Assembly (NCBI GenBank): GCA_028712255.1
Contig: JAQTQJ010000001.1
Location: 12,366 to 76,365, forward strand
Source: Candidatus Omnitrophota bacterium
GTDB taxonomy: Bacteria; Omnitrophota; Gorgyraeia; Gygaellales; Profunditerraquicolaceae
Direction: 5' to 3'
DNA length: 64,000 nt
Numbering within the stretch: position 1 is the first letter of the stretch; every line of letters starts with the position of its first letter. The position numbers and the translations under genes were made by a program. Shown here piece by piece: positions 62,396 to 64,000 of the stretch. Below the pieces are notes generated by a model that saw only the letters and a program-made list of their open reading frames with translations, had not been told where the DNA came from and did no database searches.

Positions 62396-63982
62396 ATGAT
62401 TAAAATTCTAGTTAGTGACGCATTGAGTGAGGAAGGACTCAAAGTATTTAAAGAGTCAAAAGAGTTAACCGTTGACGTAAAAACAGACCTTAAGCCTGAT
62501 GGCTTAAAAGAAATAATTAAGGACTATGATGCTTTAGTAGTACGCAGCGCAACTAAAGTAACTAAGGAGATAATTGCGGCAGCTAAAAAATTAAAGGTTA
62601 TCGGCCGTGCCGGAGTGGGGCTGGATAACGTGGATTTAGAGGCGGCTACGCAAAAAGGAATTATCGTCATGAATACTCCGGCGGGAAATACTATTTCTAC
62701 CGCTGAGCATACTTTTAGCATGATCTTGGCTTTATCCAGGAATATCCCTCAGGCAAACGCCTCAATGAAAAAAGGAGAATGGAAGCGTTCAAAATTTATG
62801 GGGGTTGAGTTATATAATAAAGTTTTAGGAATCGTTGGATTCGGTAGGATTGGTTCAGAAGTTGCCAAAAGGGCAAAATCATTCGGCATGAGAGTCCTGG
62901 CATTTGATCCTTTTTTATCCGTAAAAGTAGCTGAGAGTATTGGTGTTGAAATCGCAGAGCTAAAAGAGGTGCTGCAGGAATCCGATTATATTACTGTGCA
63001 CACCCCTTTGACTGAAGAAACAAAACATATGATTTCAGATAAGGAATTTGGCATGATGAAAAAAGGCGTGCGGATTATAAACTGCGCGCGTGGTGGAATT
63101 ATTGATGAAGTGGCTTTAGCTAAGGCAGTAGGAGAAAGTAAAGTGGCCGGAGCAGCAATGGATGTCTTTGAGAATGAACCACTGGCTGTAGATAGTGGGC
63201 TCTTAAAACTTGATAATGTTATTACTACTCCGCATCTTGGGGCGTCAACTGAGGAAGCGCAGGTAAATGTAGCCATTGAGGTTGCCGAAATTGTACGTGA
63301 TGCTCTCTTGGGAAAAGGAATCCGCAATGCCGCAAATTATCCTTGTTTAGACGCGGAAGTTTGCAAAATCTTAAGTCCTTATATTAATTTAGGAGAGAAG
63401 CTAGGAATGTTTGCCGGGCAATTAGTAGAAGGCAGATTTTTGGAGCTAGTAATAAGCTATAGCGGCCAGATTACTAAATATGATTTAAGCCCAGTGACTA
63501 TGGCTTTAGTTAAGGGTATACTTACCCCTATATTAAAGGAAACGGTTAATTTTGTTAATGGTATATCTTTGCTGAAAGAAAGAGGGATAAAACTACTTGA
63601 GTCTAAATCCGGGCAGGAAGGTGAATTTGTAAATCTTATTCAATTAGAGATTAAAACGGATAAGGAAACTAAGTCGATTCTTGGAACGCTTTCTGGTAAT
63701 AAGCAACCTAGAATTGTTAAGATCGATGATTATTATTTGGATCTATACCCTGTTGGTGAGATGATCTTTATCCGTAACCTGGATAAACCCGGTTTAATCG
63801 GCAACCTTGGAACCCTTATGGGTAAAAATAGCATAAATATTGCCGCTATGGCCTTGGGCCGCAATAAGCCTGGCGATAAAGCAATCAGCGTATGGAGCGT
63901 AGATAATCAGGTTGGTCCGGAAATTCAGGATAAGATAAAACAATTAGAAAATATTTTAACGGTAAAAGTTATTAGGACATGA
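62396..63982 (+). CDS. serA: D-3-phosphoglycerate dehydrogenase with ACT domain
   Basis: GxGxxG NAD fold (GIVGFGRIG), catalytic RGG..D/H region, C-terminal ACT. Confidence 0.9.
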   Translation: MIKILVSDALSEEGLKVFKESKELTVDVKTDLKPDGLKEIIKDYDALVVRSATKVTKEIIAAAKKLKVIGRAGVGLDNVDLEAATQKGIIVMNTPAGNTISTAEHTFSMILALSRNIPQANASMKKGEWKRSKFMGVELYNKVLGIVGFGRIGSEVAKRAKSFGMRVLAFDPFLSVKVAESIGVEIAELKEVLQESDYITVHTPLTEETKHMISDKEFGMMKKGVRIINCARGGIIDEVALAKAVGESKVAGAAMDVFENEPLAVDSGLLKLDNVITTPHLGASTEEAQVNVAIEVAEIVRDALLGKGIRNAANYPCLDAEVCKILSPYINLGEKLGMFAGQLVEGRFLELVISYSGQITKYDLSPVTMALVKGILTPILKETVNFVNGISLLKERGIKLLESKSGQEGEFVNLIQLEIKTDKETKSILGTLSGNKQPRIVKIDDYYLDLYPVGEMIFIRNLDKPGLIGNLGTLMGKNSINIAAMALGRNKPGDKAISVWSVDNQVGPEIQDKIKQLENILTVKVIRT

Positions 63983-64000
63983 AAATCAGTAGAACTATAG

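Noticed and set aside
1-64000. tRNA or rRNA genes
   Set aside because: No stretch with tRNA hallmarks (GTTCGAATCC-type T-arm, conserved D-loop) or rRNA-like conserved blocks was recognised by eye. A tRNAscan/Infernal run would be needed to be certain.

Overview
This 64 kb window comes from a low-GC (roughly 35-40 %) diderm bacterium. It is probably an uncultivated lineage, because LPS genes sit beside Firmicutes-like synteny (ywlC-ywlE-rpiB-glyA, nrdR, spoVG, comEB, dprA-topA). About 70 protein genes lie almost all on the + strand. They include purM/purD/purE, a TsaC-LMWPTP fusion, rpiB, glyA, dCMP deaminase, nrdR and a HigB/HigA-like toxin-antitoxin pair. After recQ comes a 5.6 kb mobile island (approx. 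13.0-18.7 kb). It carries a restriction-modification-like operon (Dam-type MTase, a PD-(D/E)xK nuclease, a second MTase, two unknown ORFs) followed by phage-like genes (an HTH protein, DUF1353-like, Bro-N). Downstream are an ABC-F ATPase, BFN nuclease, cca, an AsmA-like protein, YjbQ, a Macro-Nudix fusion, a Ski2/HelY-like helicase on the minus strand, a thermonuclease lipoprotein and aroC-spoVG-aroK. Further along are dprA-topA, a small GIY-YIG nuclease, xerC, waaA (Kdo transferase), greA, a deaminase, OsmC, a STAS-PilZ fusion and a UPF0016 half-transporter. A large LPS inner-core/Kdo cluster follows: lpxK, an LpxL-like acyltransferase fused to a GT-B domain, GT4/GT9 glycosyltransferases including two fusion proteins, a polysaccharide deacetylase, hldE kinase domain, kdsB-kdsA-kdsD-kdsC, lptA/C-like and lptB. 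The window ends with tig, clpP, a class-V aminotransferase and serA. No rRNA, tRNA or CRISPR array was recognised. Several families of interspersed repeats fill the non-coding space. (i) A nested palindromic element, GTGTCATTGCGAGG / GC-hairpin / GAAGCAATCT ... AGATTGCTTC / GC-hairpin / CCTCGCAATGACAC, occurs at 13 or more loci. One copy carries a GIY-YIG nuclease gene exactly in its central loop. Another lies in frame inside a tandem heptosyltransferase ORF. (ii) Long perfect hairpins share the sequence GGGGACGGTTCTATTTTT. (iii) A 40-nt promoter-like motif, TGTTAGAT-N14-CGTCTATTGTAG, precedes four phage-type regulatory genes (higB, bro-N, spoVG, ORF6N). (iv) A pair of hairpins has a conserved loop (TAAnTGGAATTG). 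(v) A heptad-periodic RRCTTAY array lies upstream of aroC and clpP. All coordinates for non-CDS features are read by eye and may be off by 1-3 nt.
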